Shown here: positions 7,194 to 18,917 of the stretch, piece by piece | How positions within the stretch are numbered: position 1 is the stretch's first letter | Layout of the letters: the number at the start of each line of letters is the position of its first letter | Assembly: GCA_963805415.1 (NCBI GenBank) | Contig: CAWDUD010000001.1 | Span: forward strand, 76,912 to 140,911 | DNA from: an uncultured Acidimicrobiia bacterium | GTDB taxonomy: Bacteria; Actinomycetota; Acidimicrobiia; IMCC26256; JAENVU01 | Length of the DNA stretch: 64,000 nucleotides | Reading direction: 5' to 3' | Program-made: the position numbers and the translations under genes | Notes under the pieces: model-generated | What the model was told of the DNA's origin: nothing | Databases searched by the model: none | Seen by the model: the letters and a program-made list of their open reading frames with translations, nothing else

Positions 7194-9658
7194 TCAGTCG
7201 AGCACGGCGTCGGGCACGCGCTCGGGGATCACGCCGTCGAGGAGGGGCACGGGTTCCAGCCGGGCCGCCCGGGACGACAAGCGGGCGAAGGCGAGGACGG
7301 CCACGGCGTACACCCCGAGCGCGATGAGCTGCACCGACCGGAACCCGATCGACATCGCCAGGATCGTGGAGAGCACGGAGCCGATCACAGAGAAGAACCC
7401 GTTGACCGCCCAGGCCCACGCGACGTACTCGTCGGGGTGCGCCGAGAGCCCGTTGACGACGCCGAGCCCGAGCGGCATGAACATGCCGAGGCACAGGCCG
7501 AGCGGCGCGAGCATCGCGAGGGCGACGACGACGCGGATCGGGAGCGACTGGTCCAGCAGCCCGTTCGTGACGCCGTCGAGCCCGAACTCGTAGAAGGCGG
7601 TCAGCGCGCAGAGCACCGCGAACACCACGCCCACCGCCGTCCGCGCGCGACGCCCAGGCGGTTGCTGAGCAGCGCCCCGAGGCCGGTGAAGACGAGCAGC
7701 GAGGCCAGGGTGACCGTGAGCGAATAGGTGGGGTATCCGAGAAAGAGGACCAGCCGTTGGATCATCGTGATCTCGAACAGGATGAAGCCGAGACCGAGCG
7801 CGGCGAAGAACACGGCCGAGGTGCCCTTCAGCGGGAGGGCCCGCCATTCGCGACGCACGAAGACGAACGGCACCAGCAGGAACACCGCGGCGTAGAGCAC
7901 GGCGATGCCGAGGAGCAGCAGCAGCACCCGCTCGCCGATCGAGTCCTCGGGGTCGGTCGCGGTGATCGGACGGAAGAAGTCCCTCGCCACCTGCGAGAAG
8001 CTCGCGAAGTGCCAGAAGAAGGGTCCGTCGTCACTGATCGGTCCCACCTCGCGGTTGTACGACGCGGCGGCCGCGGCTGCCTGCGCGTCGGTCCCGCCGG
8101 CCAGCGTGGGCACGATGCCGGGACCCGGCGCGACGCCGGGCGCCCATGCGAGCTGCTCCTCGGGGATTGCGGCGACCCCTTCCTGGAACCGCGCGACCTC
8201 GGCGGGCGTGAAGGGGGTGCGCTTCACCATGACGGTCGAGAGGTCGCCGGTCGCGTTGGTGACGAAGGGCGCGACGGTGATGTGTGCACCCGGGTCCTTC
8301 ACGCCCGTCTCCTCGAGCGCCTTACGGGCGGTCATGACGTAGCGCGCGGTGCGGTTCGGCGCGTCGTGGTAGTTCAACTCGCCGAACTGCACGACGAGCA
8401 TGCCGTCACGCGTGAGGTGGCTCAGGCTCTCCTTGATCATGTCGGTCGTGTAGAGGTAGCTCTCGGACAGCACGAAGGCGCCCGAGGACGCCGCGTTGTT
8501 GGCCGCGTAGCTGTCCGGCGCGACGAACCAGATCACGTCGTAGTGATCGTCGCTGCGCGCGAGGTAGGTCCGGCCGTCACCCTGGTGGATCGCCACCCCG
8601 GGCTGGTGCTGGAGGTCGCCGGCGAAGGCACGGTAGCGGTGGGTCACGAGGTCCACCGTGACCGGGTTCAGCTCGACGCCGTCGATCTTCTTCGCGCCGT
8701 AGTGCAGCGCCGCCACGATCTCGTTGCCGCCCGCCGAGCCGATGATGAGGGTGTTGCCGGGCTTGCGGCCCATCGTGGCGAAGGGCAGCGAGCGGGGGTC
8801 CCGGTCGAAGCGTGTGACCGCGGCCGGGTCGCCGTCGAAGCGGTAGATGGCCGAGCCGAAGCTGCCGTCGTGGAAGAGCGACTTCAGGCCCGGACGGATC
8901 TCGGCCACGTCGACCCGGAACACGGGGCCCCACTCCGAGTACGCGGCGTGCGCCGGATCCGCCTTGGTCTGCTCGGGGAGCACGTCGACGAGGCCCGAGC
9001 CGCTCGTGACCGTGACGAGCAGCACCACCAGCACGGTGCCCGGCACGACCACGGCCATGCGCCGCTGCGAGGACATGACCGCGACGACCGCGAAGACGGC
9101 CGCGGCCAGGACGATCACCTGCGGGGGGCTCAACCGGGTGATCAGGGGGATGGCCAGCGCGCAGCCGAGACCCGCGCCGAGGAGATCGGCGAAGTAGAGC
9201 CGCCCGACCCGCCGCCCCCCGCGCCCGAGGATCGTCGACACGATGATGCCGAGCGGTACGAAGGACGCGAACAGCACGAAGCAGATCACGCCGAGCTTGG
9301 CCAGGCTCTTGAACGACGCCGACGTGCCGTAGTCCCAGATCTGCACCGTGTCGATCGGCAGCCGGGCCACGAGGAAGTAGCCCGCCGCGATCGCGACGGC
9401 GGAGACCAACGAGCAGGCGGCGATGACCGTGTCGGTCGCGGCACGGCGCAGCCGGGGCCAGACGACCACGAAGATCCCGCCCGACCCGATGCCCAGGAGC
9501 GCGAGACCGAGAACGAGGTAGGTGTAGTAGTACCAGAGCTTGAACGAGACGACACGCGTGTAGCCGACCTCGAGCAGCAGACCCGCGAGGCTCACCAGGA
9601 AGATGACGACGGTGTGGCGCGCGCGCAGCCCGGTGACCGATTCCTCGGATGTCTGCAC
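7194..9658 (-). CDS. Multi-pass membrane protein fused to a spermidine-synthase-like SAM-binding domain (frameshift near 7640)
   Basis: LYFADLLGAGLG, LIIGSAGGNE, VELNP, GDGRTYL, ESYLYT, AWAWAVNG. Confidence 0.85.
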
Positions 9659-9783
9659 GCACCCTCCCCGGGAATGCCGCGATCGGCGCCGACCGGACGT
9701 TCGATCGTAGCCCTGGCGCTTCGCGACGACGCGTCGCGCCGAGGTGCCCGCGAGCGCAGATGGGCCCGGAAACCGGGCGGGAA

Positions 9784-10629
9784 TCAGGCGGTGTGGCGCA
9801 GCCGCGCGATCCGGTCCGCGGTGGAGGGGTGGGTGGAGAACAGGTTCGCGAACTGGACCCGGCGGCCGGTGAGGGGGTTCACGATGTAGGCCGTCGCCTG
9901 AGCCGGTGCGATCTGCATCGGCACCCGCTTGGCGGAGGCCTCGATCTTCTCGAGCGCCTGCGCCAGGGGCTCACCCGTTCCGAGGAGCAGCGCCGCCGAG
10001 CGGTCCGCCTCGTACTCACGCGACCGGCTGATCGCCATCTGGATCACCGCGGCGGCGAGGGGCGCGAGGATCGCGAGCAGCAGCGCGCCGACGACGTTGC
10101 CGTTGTCGCGGTCGCCGCCGCCACCACCGAACATGGCGCCCCACATGGCCAGGCGGGCCACCAACGTGATCGCCATCGCGAGGGCGGCCGCGACCGAGCC
10201 GATCAGGATGTCGCGGTTCTTCACGTGGCTCATCTCGTGGGCGAGGACGCCGCGGATCTGCTCGGTGTCGAGGACCTGCAGCAGTCCCTGGGTCACGCAG
10301 ACGACGGCGTTGGAGGGGTTGCGACCCGTCGCGAAGGCGTTGGGCTGAGGCTCGGGCGAGAGGTAGACGCGTGGCATCGGTTGGCCGGCCCGCCGGGCCA
10401 GGTCCGTCACGATCGCGTAGAGCTCGGGTGCCTCCTGCTCGGAGACCGGCTGGGCCTTGGCCGACGCCACGGCGAGCTTGTCGCTGAACCAGTACGAGCC
10501 CCCCACCATGACGAGGCCGAGGCCGAGCCCGATGAACAGGCCGGTTCGGCCCCAGAAGGACCCGATCGCCATGAGAAGCCCGCCGAACGCGGCGAGCAGG
10601 ACGTAGGTCTTGATCGTGTTCCGACTCAT
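9784..10629 (-). CDS. htpX: Zinc metalloprotease HtpX
   Basis: QPNAFATGRNP, HEMSH, SRSREYEAD, FSTHP. Confidence 0.97.
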   Translation of the reverse strand: MSRNTIKTYVLLAAFGGLLMAIGSFWGRTGLFIGLGLGLVMVGGSYWFSDKLAVASAKAQPVSEQEAPELYAIVTDLARRAGQPMPRVYLSPEPQPNAFATGRNPSNAVVCVTQGLLQVLDTEQIRGVLAHEMSHVKNRDILIGSVAAALAMAITLVARLAMWGAMFGGGGGDRDNGNVVGALLLAILAPLAAAVIQMAISRSREYEADRSAALLLGTGEPLAQALEKIEASAKRVPMQIAPAQATAYIVNPLTGRRVQFANLFSTHPSTADRIARLRHTA

Positions 10630-10757
10630 GCTGTCGACAACGTACCGGGGCCCGACCGCGTTCCCCGGTCGGCCTGCGGTCACTCGGTTGCACCCGGATG
10701 ACCCCGGTGGCAACTTCTCCCGATGCCAGGAACCGTCCCGTCGGCGCGGCGCGACCG

Positions 10758-12008
10758 ATGACCGAGTCGGAGATCTTCGTCGGGCTCGGACTGCTCCTCG
10801 CCCTCGCCGTCGGCTGCCAGGTCGTGGCGGAACGGGTGCGCGTGCCCGCCATCGTGCTCCTGCTCCCCGTGGGCTTCGCCGCCGGCCGGCTCACGCGCAC
10901 CGTCGATCCGACGGTGCTCTTCGGCCGGGCGTTCACGCCGATGGTGAGCCTCGCGGTCGCGGTCATCCTGTTCGAGGGCGGGCTCCACCTGCGCGCGCGT
11001 GACCTCGAGGGCCACAGCCAGCGGGTCGTCCGCCGCCTCGTGTTCCGCGGCGTGGTCATCACCTGGGTCGGCGCGGCGGTGACCGCCGCACTGCTCCTCC
11101 CGGTGTCGACCGGCACCGCGGTGATGCTCGGGGCGATCCTGGTGGTCTCGGGGCCGACGGTCGTGGCGCCGCTCCTCCACCTCTCCCGACCCGGCCGGCG
11201 CCTCACCGCGATCCTCGAGTGGGAGAGCACGACGATCGACCCGATCGGCGCCATCCTCGGTGCGGTCACGTTCCAGGCGCTGCGTCACGGCATCGGGCTC
11301 CGACTCGGACGCGAGGTCCTGCAGTTCGGCGCCAGTCTCGGGGTCGGGGTCACCGCGGGCATCCTCGGCACGGTGCTCCTGTGGCTCTTCATCGAACGCC
11401 TGCACGTCAGCGGGGTCCTCGCGACGGAGGTCACCATTGCGCTCGTCGTCGCGATCGCGGCCGTGTCCAACGCGCTGCGCGACGACACCGGGCTCATCGC
11501 CGCGATCACCATGGGGGTCGCGGTCGCGAACGTCCCGTCGATGCGCACGCCCGAGGATCCACCGTTCTTCCGCACCCTCGTCGAGCTGATCATCGGCTTG
11601 CTCTTCATCTCGATCTCGGCGACCGTGACGGGGAACGAGCTCCGCAGCGTGCTGTGGCCGAGCCTCGCGCTGCTCGCGGTGCTCGTCCTCGTCGTCCGGC
11701 CGATCGTCACCCTGGTCGCGACGGTGGGCACCGACCTCTCGCGCGAGGAGCGCGTGTTCATCGGCTTGATGGACCCGCGCGGCATCGTGGCGGCGTCGAC
11801 CGCCGCGACGTTCGCGGTCCCGCTCCAGGAGGCCGGGGTCGACGGCGCGCGGGTCCTGCTGCCGGTGACGTTCCTGGTCATCGTGGGCACCGTCACGCTG
11901 TCGGGGTTGCTCGCGGTCCCGGCCAAGCGGGTGCTCCGGCTCGACGCCGAGGGTCCGGCGATCGGGCCCGACGACCCGGTGGCTCCACCCACTTCGATGG
12001 AGCCGTAA
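10758..12008 (+). CDS. CPA1 family cation:proton antiporter
   Basis: ILFEGGL, VSGPTVV, WES..IDPIG, PRGIVAA; about 12 TM helices. Confidence 0.92.
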   Translation: MTESEIFVGLGLLLALAVGCQVVAERVRVPAIVLLLPVGFAAGRLTRTVDPTVLFGRAFTPMVSLAVAVILFEGGLHLRARDLEGHSQRVVRRLVFRGVVITWVGAAVTAALLLPVSTGTAVMLGAILVVSGPTVVAPLLHLSRPGRRLTAILEWESTTIDPIGAILGAVTFQALRHGIGLRLGREVLQFGASLGVGVTAGILGTVLLWLFIERLHVSGVLATEVTIALVVAIAAVSNALRDDTGLIAAITMGVAVANVPSMRTPEDPPFFRTLVELIIGLLFISISATVTGNELRSVLWPSLALLAVLVLVVRPIVTLVATVGTDLSREERVFIGLMDPRGIVAASTAATFAVPLQEAGVDGARVLLPVTFLVIVGTVTLSGLLAVPAKRVLRLDAEGPAIGPDDPVAPPTSMEP

Positions 12009-12032
12009 CCTGCGGTTCCGGAGGACACACGG

Positions 12033-12782
12033 ATGCAGCGCACACCGCACCCGATCGGCGTCGACATCGGCGGCACGGGGATCAAGGGAGCCCCGGTGGA
12101 CGTCCGGCAGGGGACGTTGACCGAGGACCGGGTCCGGGTCCTGACCCCGAGTCCCGCCACCCCCGACCGCGTCGCCGACGCCGTCGGCCAGGTGCTCGCC
12201 GATCTGGGCGTCGCGGGACCCACCGGCCTCACGATCCCCGCGGTCGTGCGCGACGGCGTGGTCGAGACGGCGGCCAACATCGACGAGGCCTGGATCGGCG
12301 TCGACGCCGTCGCGCTGTTCGGTCGGGCGATCGGCCACGAGGTCGCGGTCGTGAACGACGCCGACGCAGCCGGGATGGCCGAGGTCCGCTTCGGCGCCGG
12401 CCGGGGCCACACCGGGACCGTCGTGATGGTCACGCTCGGGACGGGCATCGGCAGCGCCGTCTTCGCGGGTGGGGTGCTCGTCGCCAACACCGAGCTCGGG
12501 CACCTCCCGCTCGAGGGCGGGGCCGCGGAGGACTGGGCCGCTGATTCCGTGCGCGAGCGCGAGGACCTCTCGTGGAAGCACTGGGCCCATCGGCTGCAGC
12601 GCTACCTCGAGCTCGTCGAGACGCTCCTCTGGCCGGAGCTCATCATCGTCGGCGGGGGCGTGAGCAAGAAGGCCGAGAAGTTCCTGCCCCGGATCGAGCT
12701 CCGCACCGAGGTCGTCGCGGCCGAGCTCCACAACGACGCCGGCATCGTCGGTGCGGCGCTCGGGGTCGCGACGGGGCGCTGA
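12033..12782 (+). CDS. ppgK: Polyphosphate glucokinase (ROK family)
   Basis: [43 protein letters not shown]. Confidence 0.95.
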   Translation: MQRTPHPIGVDIGGTGIKGAPVDVRQGTLTEDRVRVLTPSPATPDRVADAVGQVLADLGVAGPTGLTIPAVVRDGVVETAANIDEAWIGVDAVALFGRAIGHEVAVVNDADAAGMAEVRFGAGRGHTGTVVMVTLGTGIGSAVFAGGVLVANTELGHLPLEGGAAEDWAADSVREREDLSWKHWAHRLQRYLELVETLLWPELIIVGGGVSKKAEKFLPRIELRTEVVAAELHNDAGIVGAALGVATGR

Positions 12783-12909
12783 TCCGTCCGCGCGGTCGGG
12801 GCGTTCGCGCGGCTCGATCCGTGGAGCGCACACCACCGTCACATCATGAGGGGTGACCCGCGGCGGTCCGTGTGCTAGCCATCCCGGAGCGCGGAAGGTG
12901 GGTACGGGC

Positions 12910-15072
12910 ATGCTGCAGCGTTGGGGCGAGTTCGCGGCTCGGCGGCACTGGTGGGTGTGCGGCGCCTGGATCGTCGTCCTGGTCGCGGTGTGGGCGATCG
13001 GCATCGGGATCGGGGCCAAGCCGAACAACAACTTCACCCTGCCCGGCGCGTCGTCCCAGGAGGCACTGGACCTGCTCGGCCAGAGCTTCCCCGCGGCGGC
13101 GGGCACGAGCGCGACCGTCGTGTACCACAGCCCCGACGGCACCAACCTGACGACCGACCCCACCCTGCGGCTCGCGCTCGAGAACAGCATCACCGCCCTC
13201 CGCGACCTGGACGGCGTCGAATCGGTCACCGGTCCGTTCTCGAATCCCGCGCTGCTCTCCAAGACCGGTGCGACCGCGCTCGTGAACGTCGCGTACGCGC
13301 AGCCCTTCCAGGACCTCCCCGACAACGGCCAGGCCGCCTTCGACGCGCTCTCGGCATCGGTCGCGGAGTACCGCACCCCGGGCCTGCAGATCGACCTCGG
13401 CGGCTCGCTCCCCGGATCGCAACCGATCGACGTCAAGCCGGTGCTCGTGCTCTACGGCCTGATCATCGCCCTGATCATCCTCCTCGTCGCGCTGTCGACG
13501 TGGTGGTCCTTCGCCTGGCCCGTGGTCGGCGCGCTCGTGGGAGTCGGGCTCGGTGTCGGGCTGGTCCGGATCCTCGAGAGCTTCATCGACGTACCGACGA
13601 TCTCGGAGACCACCGCGGTCATGATCGGGCTCGGGGTCGGGATCGACTACGGCCTCTTCGTGATCAGCCGGACCAAGGACCACGTCGAGGACGGCGAGTC
13701 GCCCGAGGTCGCCTCCGGCCGCGCGCTGGCGACCATCGGGCATGCCGTGCTCACGGCAGGGGCGACCGTCGTCGTCGCGCTCGTGGCGCTCCTCGTCTTC
13801 CAGGTCCCGTCGGTGACGGCGATCGCGTACGCGGTGGTCCTCGTCGTCGCCGCGGTCGTGCTCGCCGCGCTCACCCTGCTGCCCGCGATCGTGGGCATCG
13901 TCGGGCCTCGCCTCGCGTCGGCCCGGGTGCCCTGGGCGCGGGAGGCCGTGTCCGATCCCGAACGCACCCGCATGGGACGGTGGGCGGCGCTGGTCGACCG
14001 CACCGCACCGTTCGTGCTCACCGCCGCCTTGGTCGTGCTCCTGGTGCTCGCGATCCCGGTGTTCAAGGGGGATCTGCGGCTCGGGCCGCTCGACAACTCC
14101 CTGTTCCCGACCGACTCGACCCAGTACCGGGCGTGGGACGTCCAGACCCAGGCCTTCGGGGCCGGGTCGACCGATCCGTTCCTCGTCGTGGTCGAGATCC
14201 CGACGGGGGACGCCGGAGTCCAGGCCCAGCTCACGGCACTGTTCCAGGACCTGCAGCAGGCGCCGGACGTCGCCGCCGTCACCCCACCCCAGCTCAACGC
14301 GTCGGGGTCGACCGCGGTGCTCCAGGTCATTCCCGCGTCCGGCGCGCAATCGGGCGCGACCGCGAGCCTGGTGACGCACCTGCGCGACGACACCCTGCCC
14401 CAGGCCACCGCGGGGACGACCCTCACCGCCCTCGTCACGGGACGGAACGCGGTCTTCGTCGATCTCGACGACCGGATCGCCCAGCGGCTCCCGCTGTTCA
14501 TCGCGCTCGTGGTGCTCGTCGCCCTCGTCATCCTCGGAAGCGTGTTCCGCTCGGTGTGGATCCCGATCAAGGCCGCGGTCTTCAACATCGTCACGATCCT
14601 CGCCACCTACGGGGTGCTGGTCGCCTTCCTCACGTTCGGCTGGGGCCGAAGTTGGATCGGCATCCCCGCCGACATCCCGATCCTGTCGCTGCTCGCGCCG
14701 GTCTTCTTCGCCGTGCTGTTCGGGCTCTCGAACGACTACGAGGTGTACCTGGTCTCACGGATGCGGGAGGAGCGCGAGACCTACGGTGCGCCGGAGTCGG
14801 TGAGGCGTGGTCTCGCCGAGGGCGGCCACATCGTGATCGCGGCCGCGTTCATCATGATCTTCGTGTTCGTGTCGTACGTCTTCCAGCCGGGGGCGCCGGT
14901 CAAGCAGTTCGGATTCGGGATGACCGTCGCGATCCTGATCGACGCGCTCGTCACGCGCATGACCGCACTCCCCGCCGTGATGCGCCTCGGCGGCGACAAG
15001 ATGTGGTGGCCCGGCCGCCGCTCCGCAGCTCCTCCTCCCCCCTCACCGACCCCCTCTGCCGCCACGGACTGA
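12910..15072 (+). CDS. MMPL (RND-related) membrane transporter
   Basis: GVGIDYGLF and FGLSNDYEVYLVSRMRE motifs; two repeats of 6 TM. Confidence 0.95.
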   Translation: MLQRWGEFAARRHWWVCGAWIVVLVAVWAIGIGIGAKPNNNFTLPGASSQEALDLLGQSFPAAAGTSATVVYHSPDGTNLTTDPTLRLALENSITALRDLDGVESVTGPFSNPALLSKTGATALVNVAYAQPFQDLPDNGQAAFDALSASVAEYRTPGLQIDLGGSLPGSQPIDVKPVLVLYGLIIALIILLVALSTWWSFAWPVVGALVGVGLGVGLVRILESFIDVPTISETTAVMIGLGVGIDYGLFVISRTKDHVEDGESPEVASGRALATIGHAVLTAGATVVVALVALLVFQVPSVTAIAYAVVLVVAAVVLAALTLLPAIVGIVGPRLASARVPWAREAVSDPERTRMGRWAALVDRTAPFVLTAALVVLLVLAIPVFKGDLRLGPLDNSLFPTDSTQYRAWDVQTQAFGAGSTDPFLVVVEIPTGDAGVQAQLTALFQDLQQAPDVAAVTPPQLNASGSTAVLQVIPASGAQSGATASLVTHLRDDTLPQATAGTTLTALVTGRNAVFVDLDDRIAQRLPLFIALVVLVALVILGSVFRSVWIPIKAAVFNIVTILATYGVLVAFLTFGWGRSWIGIPADIPILSLLAPVFFAVLFGLSNDYEVYLVSRMREERETYGAPESVRRGLAEGGHIVIAAAFIMIFVFVSYVFQPGAPVKQFGFGMTVAILIDALVTRMTALPAVMRLGGDKMWWPGRRSAAPPPPSPTPSAATD

Positions 15073-15117
15073 GGCACGCGACAGGAGCGAGACACCCGCG
15101 CAGCCGGCTGCCGTGCG

Positions 15118-15201
15118 GGCGGCGTCGACGTGTCGCCACCGAGCGAGTTCGCGAGCGCAGCGAGCGCATGTCCGAGCGAATGGCGATGCGTCGACGCCGT
15201 C
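15118..15201. repeat. 21-bp imperfect inverted repeat between convergent genes (REP-like or bidirectional terminator)
   Basis: ggcggcgtcgacgtgtcgcca (15118-15138) pairs with tggcgatgcgtcgacgccgtc (15181-15201) with 3 G-T pairs. Confidence 0.75.
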
Positions 15202-15241
15202 CACACCATCGAGCGGCGAGCGGAGGGAGCGCGACCTGGGG

Positions 15242-15745
15242 TCAGTCGTAGTAGCCGGAGTGTCGGTAGAGGGTCGGCACCCCTTCGGCCCGCAGCATCT
15301 CGACGTTGCGGCGGTCGTCCTCGATGCCGAGCAGGACCTCGAAGCCGTACTGGCGCAGGTCCCACAGGGAGAGCTGCTTGAAGTCACGGGACAGCTCGTA
15401 GTCGCCCCAGGGGCGCATGATGAGCAGCTCCCACCGGATGTGGTAGCGACGCAGCCATGCCTCGGTGAGCTCGTGCACACGCTGGGGCCGCGCCGTGAGC
15501 AGGATCACCTGGATCCCGCGGTCGAGCAGGTCCAGCATGACGCGGACCTCCTCGATGACCGGGTCCTCGCCGCACGCGTCGAAGAACGCCCGCCAGTCCC
15601 GGCGCGGCGCCTCCAGGTAGTGCTGGCGGGTCGCCGCCTCCGAGAGCACACCGTCGATGTCGACGACGACCGCGCGGCCGGGCTCGACCGGCCCGTCCCG
15701 CCAGGTCCAGTGCTCGGGGGCCACGAAGCGGCGGGCCAAGATCAA
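15242..15745 (-). CDS. HAD-family phosphatase (polynucleotide-kinase phosphatase-domain-like)
   Basis: VVDIDGVL motif I, LTAR motif II, K..IEDD motifs III/IV; overlaps acs stop. Confidence 0.8.
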   Translation of the reverse strand: MILARRFVAPEHWTWRDGPVEPGRAVVVDIDGVLSEAATRQHYLEAPRRDWRAFFDACGEDPVIEEVRVMLDLLDRGIQVILLTARPQRVHELTEAWLRRYHIRWELLIMRPWGDYELSRDFKQLSLWDLRQYGFEVLLGIEDDRRNVEMLRAEGVPTLYRHSGYYD

Positions 15746-17703
15746 TCCTCGTCCGTCGCCGTGGCGAGGTACCGAGCCTTGATGCCGTCGACCACGGCCG
15801 GGTCGGCCAGCGTCGTGACGTCGCCCAGCGCGTGGTCCTCGGCGACGTCGCGAAGGAGCCGGCGCATGATCTTGCCGGAACGTGTCTTGGGAAGATCCTC
15901 GGTGAACAGGATCGACTTCGGCTTCGCGATCGGCCCGATGTGGTGACCGACGTGCTCACGCAGCTCGCCCACCAGCGCGTCCGACGGCGCGTTCCCGGCC
16001 CGCAGGATCACGAACGCCGCCACCGCCTGGCCGGTGGTCTCGTCGGTCTTGCCCACCACCGCCGCCTCCGCGACGACCGGATGCGACACGAGCGACGACT
16101 CCACCTCGGTGGTGGAGATGTTGTGCCCGGCGACGAGCATGATGTCGTCCACGCGCCCGAGCAGCCAGTAGTAGCCGTCGGCGTCGCGCTTGGCGCCGTC
16201 GCCGGCGAAGTACCGGTCCTCGAAACGTGACCAGTACGTCTCCCGGTAGCGCTCGACGTCGCCCCAGATGCCCCGCAGCATGGACGGCCAGGGCCGGGTG
16301 AGCGTCAGGTAGCCACCACCGGGGATCCCGACCGGCTCCCCCTCGTCGTTCACGATCTCGGCCCCGACCCCCGGCAACGGGAACGTCGCGCTGCCCGGCT
16401 TGGCCACCGTGGCACCCGGGAAGGGACTGATCATGATGGCGCCGGTCTCGGTCTGCCACCACGTGTCGACCACAGGACAGCGGCCACCCCCGATCTCCTG
16501 CCAGTACCAGACCCACGCCTCGGGGTTGATCGGCTCGCCCACCGATCCGAGCAGCCGCAGCGACGACAGATCGTGCGCGTCGGGGAACTCGGTCCCCCAC
16601 TTCATGAACGTCCGGATCGCGGTCGGGGCCGTATAGAGGATGGTGACCCCGTAGCGCTCGACGATCGACCAGAAGCGGTCCTTGCCCGGGTGGTCGGGCG
16701 TGCCCTCGTACATGACGGTCGTCGCACGGTTCGCGAGCGGTCCGTAGACGATGTACGAGTGACCGGTGACCCAGCCGCAGTCGGCGGTGCACCAGTACAC
16801 GTCGGTGTCGGGATGGATGTCGAACACGTACTTGAACGTGAACGCGACCTGCGTCAGGTACCCGCCCGTGGTGTGCATGATGCCCTTGGGCCGGCCGGTC
16901 GTGCCGCTGGTGTAGAGGATGAAGAGCAGGTCCTCGGCACCCATCGGCTCGGCCGGGCAGTCCGCGGACTCGGTGGGGACGGCGTCGTGCCACCACACAT
17001 CCCGCCCTTCGACCATCTCGACGTCCTGCTCGGTCCGGCGCAGGACGAGGCACCGCTCGATCGACGGTGTGTCGCGGAGCGCCTCGTCGGCGATCTCCTT
17101 GAGGGGCACGATGCCGCCGCGGCGCCACGCACCGTCGGCGGTGATCAGCACACGGGCCTCCGCGTCGTTGATGCGGTCCCGCAGCGAGTCGGCGGTGAAG
17201 CCGCCGAAGACCACCGAGTGGGCCGCGCCGATGCGTGCGCACGCGAGCATCGCGACGGCCAGCTCCGGCACCATGCCCATGTAGACGGCGACCCGGTCGC
17301 CCTTCCGGACCCCGAGATGCTTCAGGGCATTCGCGGTGCGCGCGACCTCGTCGAGCAGCTCGGAGTAGGTGATCGAGCGCGTGTCCCCCGGCTCGCCTTC
17401 CCAAAGGATCGCGACCTGATCGCCGTGGCCGGCCGCCACGTGCCGGTCGAGGCAGTTGGACGAGACGTTGAGCCGGCCGTCGGCGAACCACCGGGCGTCG
17501 GGCAGCTGCCACTCGCAGACGCTGGTGAAGTCGGTCTCCCAGTCGAGCAGCTCGCGCGCCTGGTCGGCCCAGAACGCCTCGGGATCCGCGGCGGCCCGTT
17601 CGGCCATCGCCGTGTCGGTCACCAGGGCGTGCGACCGGAACTCGGCCGATGCCGGGAACGTCCGGCCCTCCTCCAGCAGTGCCTCGAGCGTCACGTCCGC
17701 CAT
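15742..17703 (-). CDS. acs: Acetyl-CoA synthetase
   Basis: [32 protein letters not shown]. Confidence 0.98.
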   Translation of the reverse strand: MADVTLEALLEEGRTFPASAEFRSHALVTDTAMAERAAADPEAFWADQARELLDWETDFTSVCEWQLPDARWFADGRLNVSSNCLDRHVAAGHGDQVAILWEGEPGDTRSITYSELLDEVARTANALKHLGVRKGDRVAVYMGMVPELAVAMLACARIGAAHSVVFGGFTADSLRDRINDAEARVLITADGAWRRGGIVPLKEIADEALRDTPSIERCLVLRRTEQDVEMVEGRDVWWHDAVPTESADCPAEPMGAEDLLFILYTSGTTGRPKGIMHTTGGYLTQVAFTFKYVFDIHPDTDVYWCTADCGWVTGHSYIVYGPLANRATTVMYEGTPDHPGKDRFWSIVERYGVTILYTAPTAIRTFMKWGTEFPDAHDLSSLRLLGSVGEPINPEAWVWYWQEIGGGRCPVVDTWWQTETGAIMISPFPGATVAKPGSATFPLPGVGAEIVNDEGEPVGIPGGGYLTLTRPWPSMLRGIWGDVERYRETYWSRFEDRYFAGDGAKRDADGYYWLLGRVDDIMLVAGHNISTTEVESSLVSHPVVAEAAVVGKTDETTGQAVAAFVILRAGNAPSDALVGELREHVGHHIGPIAKPKSILFTEDLPKTRSGKIMRRLLRDVAEDHALGDVTTLADPAVVDGIKARYLATATDED

Positions 17704-17752
17704 GCGCGTTTCCCCTTCTCGCGACCGGGATCCGGAGGCTATCCGGAGGCCG

Positions 17753-18909
17753 TCACGACGTGGTGAGGACGAAGACGGTGTGCGCTCCGAGTCCCCGGGG
17801 GTCCGTCAGCGCCGCCGCCTCCATCCCGCGGCTGCGTCCCGCCAGGGCCTCGAGGTCGGGCGCTGCGGCACCCGCCTCCCACCGGGCGGCGCCCTCGGCC
17901 ACGAGGTCGTCGATCCCGAGGTCGCGCAGCCACGCCGCCTGGGTGGAGGTCCCGACGGCGAGCCCGGCGCGTCGCGCCGCGCGCTCGACCATCTCGAGCG
18001 GCACGTCGACCGTGATGTCGCAGGATCCGGGCGCGGCGAGGGGACCGCCGGCGCGCCGGTGATCCGCGTAGGTTCGGAGCCAGCCACCGTCACGCGCCGC
18101 GAGCTCGAGCCAGGGCGCGGCGTAGTCGATCAGCCACAGCGAGCCGCGCCGCACACCGTGCGCGGCCGCGACGATCCACTCGGCGGCACGCGTCGGGACC
18201 GGGAGGCGGGCGCCCACGGCCACGTCGAGCTCACCGATCCACACCAGCACGTCGGGCGAGGCCGGCACCCGGATCTCGACGAGGTCCGCACCGTCGAGAC
18301 CGACGCGCACCTCGGACCACCCGTCGGGCTCCCGGACCGCGATCTCGAAGGGAAGGTTGTCGAGCAGCTCGTTCGCGAGCACGACACCGTCGACCGGACG
18401 CGCCGGAAGCTCGGCGAGCGCACTGACGATCGGTCCGAGTCCTCCGACGGGGACCGCCGGGTCGTCGGCTGGACCCGGCCGCGCCGGGCCCAGGATGTCG
18501 GCGAGCGGCTCGAGCGGCAGGTGCTCGGCCTGTTCGCGCGCGGAGCACGGGGCTGCGTTCGACCAGCACGTAGTGCAGGGCCGGCGCGCATGCCGGTGCG
18601 GCACGCAGGACCTCACGACAGAGTCGTCCGCTCCCGGCACCGCGCCTCGACGACCACGAACGGATCCGGTCGACCCTGACGCTCCCACTCCCGGTCGAGT
18701 GCCCTCGCCACACAGACCCCGAAGAGCGGTCCGACCTCGGGGCTGGTGAGGAAGTCCCGTCCCGCTCGCCCCGCGCCGCCGCCACGGGTGAAGAAGCCGC
18801 CCGGTCCGTAGAGCGCGAGCTCGACGAACTCGCCGAACCGCATCGGCCCACGACGGTGGATGTGCTCGACGATCGGCGTCCGCGGCGATTCCGGACGCGC
18901 GCCGACCAT
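17753..18909 (-). CDS. MidA/NDUFAF7-family SAM-dependent methyltransferase (frameshifts near 18640 and 18540)
   Basis: [49 protein letters not shown] distributed over three frames. Confidence 0.85.
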
Positions 18910-18917
18910 GGGTCGGG

